The position numbers and the translations under genes are program-made. Below the pieces are notes generated by a model. That model worked only from the letters and a program-made list of their open reading frames with translations, was not told the DNA's origin and made no database searches. A stretch of DNA of 63,660 nt, filler included, from Phoronis australis (Eukaryota > Animalia > Phoronida): NCBI GenBank assembly GCA_002633005.1. It is 8 parts of 8 records of this genome, joined end to end, with 100 filler letters (N's around TTAATTAATTAA, not from the genome) between each part and the next. Parts side by side here need not be neighbours in the genome. Positions count along the whole stretch, not along the records: positions 61,335 to 63,660 come from NMRA01003739.1; 7 more parts are not named here. One strand, given 5' to 3'. The first letter of the stretch is position 1. Every line of letters begins with the position of its first letter. This document shows, in pieces, positions 61,901 to 63,660 of the stretch.

Positions 61901-63660
61901 AGATTTCCACTTGTCCACCTCTATGCTGCACACACACACACACAGCGTTGACTTACACGAAGTTGGACAGATACAGATGTCCTTCCATTTTCATATGTTG
62001 TACAGAAACATACACAATACAGTACTGAATTGTGTGTCAGCCAAATAATCACATGGCAGAGAATGTTATAGCAGTCAATTAACACAGATTGAATTGCATT
62101 TTTATGGTTTTAGAATAATAGTGAAATGCTGACCATGAACTTGTTGATATCTGCACTCATAATCTGATTGCCTCTGATTCCATTGCCAGGAGCTTATAAT
62201 ATTTAATGCACTTGCTAGTTGAAGTGGTCTGATGTCTGTAAAAAGAACAAACCGGAAAAACTTTGCCGTGCTCTTTAACGGTTATCTTTGTGTCCTGGTA
62301 CATTTTGCACCTGTGTTTTCCTGATATGTGAATACACCAATGCCAGTTGAAATCTACCTTTATGACATCTACCACACATAGAGTCACTTTGCAACCCACA
62401 TATTTAATTTTATGTTTGTTTTTCAGTACAGCAGAGTTTGCTCATGACTTATTAATTGCATTTTCATATTACACCCTCTCACCCTGATCACCTGCAGACA
62501 GGGCCTTACCATACCTTTCCTGTTTCCTATGTAATAAGCATTATCAGGTGGAAGTGATTACAAGCACAATAACAAAAATTACACGCTCAATTAACCCAGG
62601 CTTGACTTTATGAATAAGCCCCACTTGCTGCTTGCCTGGGGTGTAGCTTGCTGTCCCCAGAATTCCTTTGAAAGCTCTGTAAATGCTATTCTCATGGTGT
62701 GATTTGTTATCACTTTTCCATCTGTTTGCTGTTCTAAGTTTGAGAACCCCATGCAATGCCACCTTTGAAAACATTTGTCTTTGTTCATGTTTCCAGGTGA
62801 AACCCTTCCTTTTGGTTTTTAAATGCTGTTTCTAATTCCACATGAATGTGACAATAGCAGTGACCAAATTGACTTCATTGTTTGAGTCAGTCGAAAGATT
62901 CCTTGTTGCTTACTTGATTTATAAATTACAGTTTGAAGTTTGCTACTTTGGCCTAGCCTCATGTTAGTGCTGCAATACACAGAACATTGAATCTGTAATA
63001 AACATGTTTTATTTTGTTTTGTTAGATAAAATTCAGTTGAAATGGCACTGAATCTGGATGTGTTTGTGACCTGCGGTCTTGACTACGGTAAAATCTCACC
63101 AATTTCGGACAAAATAATTGCCAAATTGTTCTTTCTTCATTTTTCAAAGGCTGCCAACCCCGATATGAATGCCTGCAATTGCACAGAATCATTTGTCTGG
63201 TGGTAGCTCAGGTGTAGATCTTTATAGAAATGTAAAGCAATTATTTGGGGCATAATTTATTACCTTTTATGAAAAAATGGAAAAGTAAAATTTCACTTGT
63301 CGGACATATTGATACCTAAATTGGTGACATTTTACTGGGCTTCATCTTCACTGTGTGATTTAATAATCCAGTTATGTTATTAGGTAAATTAAGTTGACCC
63401 ACAAAGCCATTACTAAAGCTATTATTGCATGTCTTCCTGATTGAGGATTATTGATTGTGTTACAGACTAGTAGGCATGTAAAGATTTTCTATTAATAATC
63501 AGCAGTTAGCTTTTGCATCTGTGCCTTCCAAGGCTTTTCAAGTTATGATACTGAATTGTTAACTTTATACCATCACACGGGTGAGAAACAACATGAGCGC
63601 CGGTCCTCTTAAATCGGACCGCCTCACCCAAAACAGGACCTCCGGGGATCAAATGGGACC

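Noticed and set aside
63041-63087. Possible first coding exon MALNLDVFVTCGLDY
   Set aside because: Splice-like flanks exist, but it is too short, with no partner exon or recognisable family in the window.

Overview
This is AT-rich animal DNA with spliceosomal introns, probably from a marine invertebrate bilaterian (inference). It is not one locus. Eight unrelated scaffolds are joined by seven identical 100-bp linkers (N44-TTAATTAATTAA-N44), and there are further internal N gaps. I reconstructed exons with phase-consistent GT-AG splice sites for CCDC22 (4 exons, -), a myoferlin/dysferlin-type ferlin (3, +), an astacin metalloprotease (2, -), MAEA (last 2, -) and an ERBIN/LRRC7-type LAP protein (first 6, -). 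A few orphan exons and a C2H2 zinc-finger pseudogene are also present. The rest is mostly decayed mobile DNA: two AcademX-like relics (one split by a 604-bp solo LTR), a TIR-bounded hAT, an ISL2EU/piggyBac/Gypsy/DIRS stack, THAP-bearing element ends, MITEs and satellites. I found no rRNA, convincing tRNA or CRISPR array. I cannot show a new multi-gene system. The best leads are a ~440-bp satellite with three CTCF-like sites per monomer, a higher-order array of CCAAT boxes plus E2F-like sites, tandem copies of the MAEA stop-codon segment, and a small orphan Cys-Cys/Pro-rich gene. All family calls come from motif recall, not database searches.
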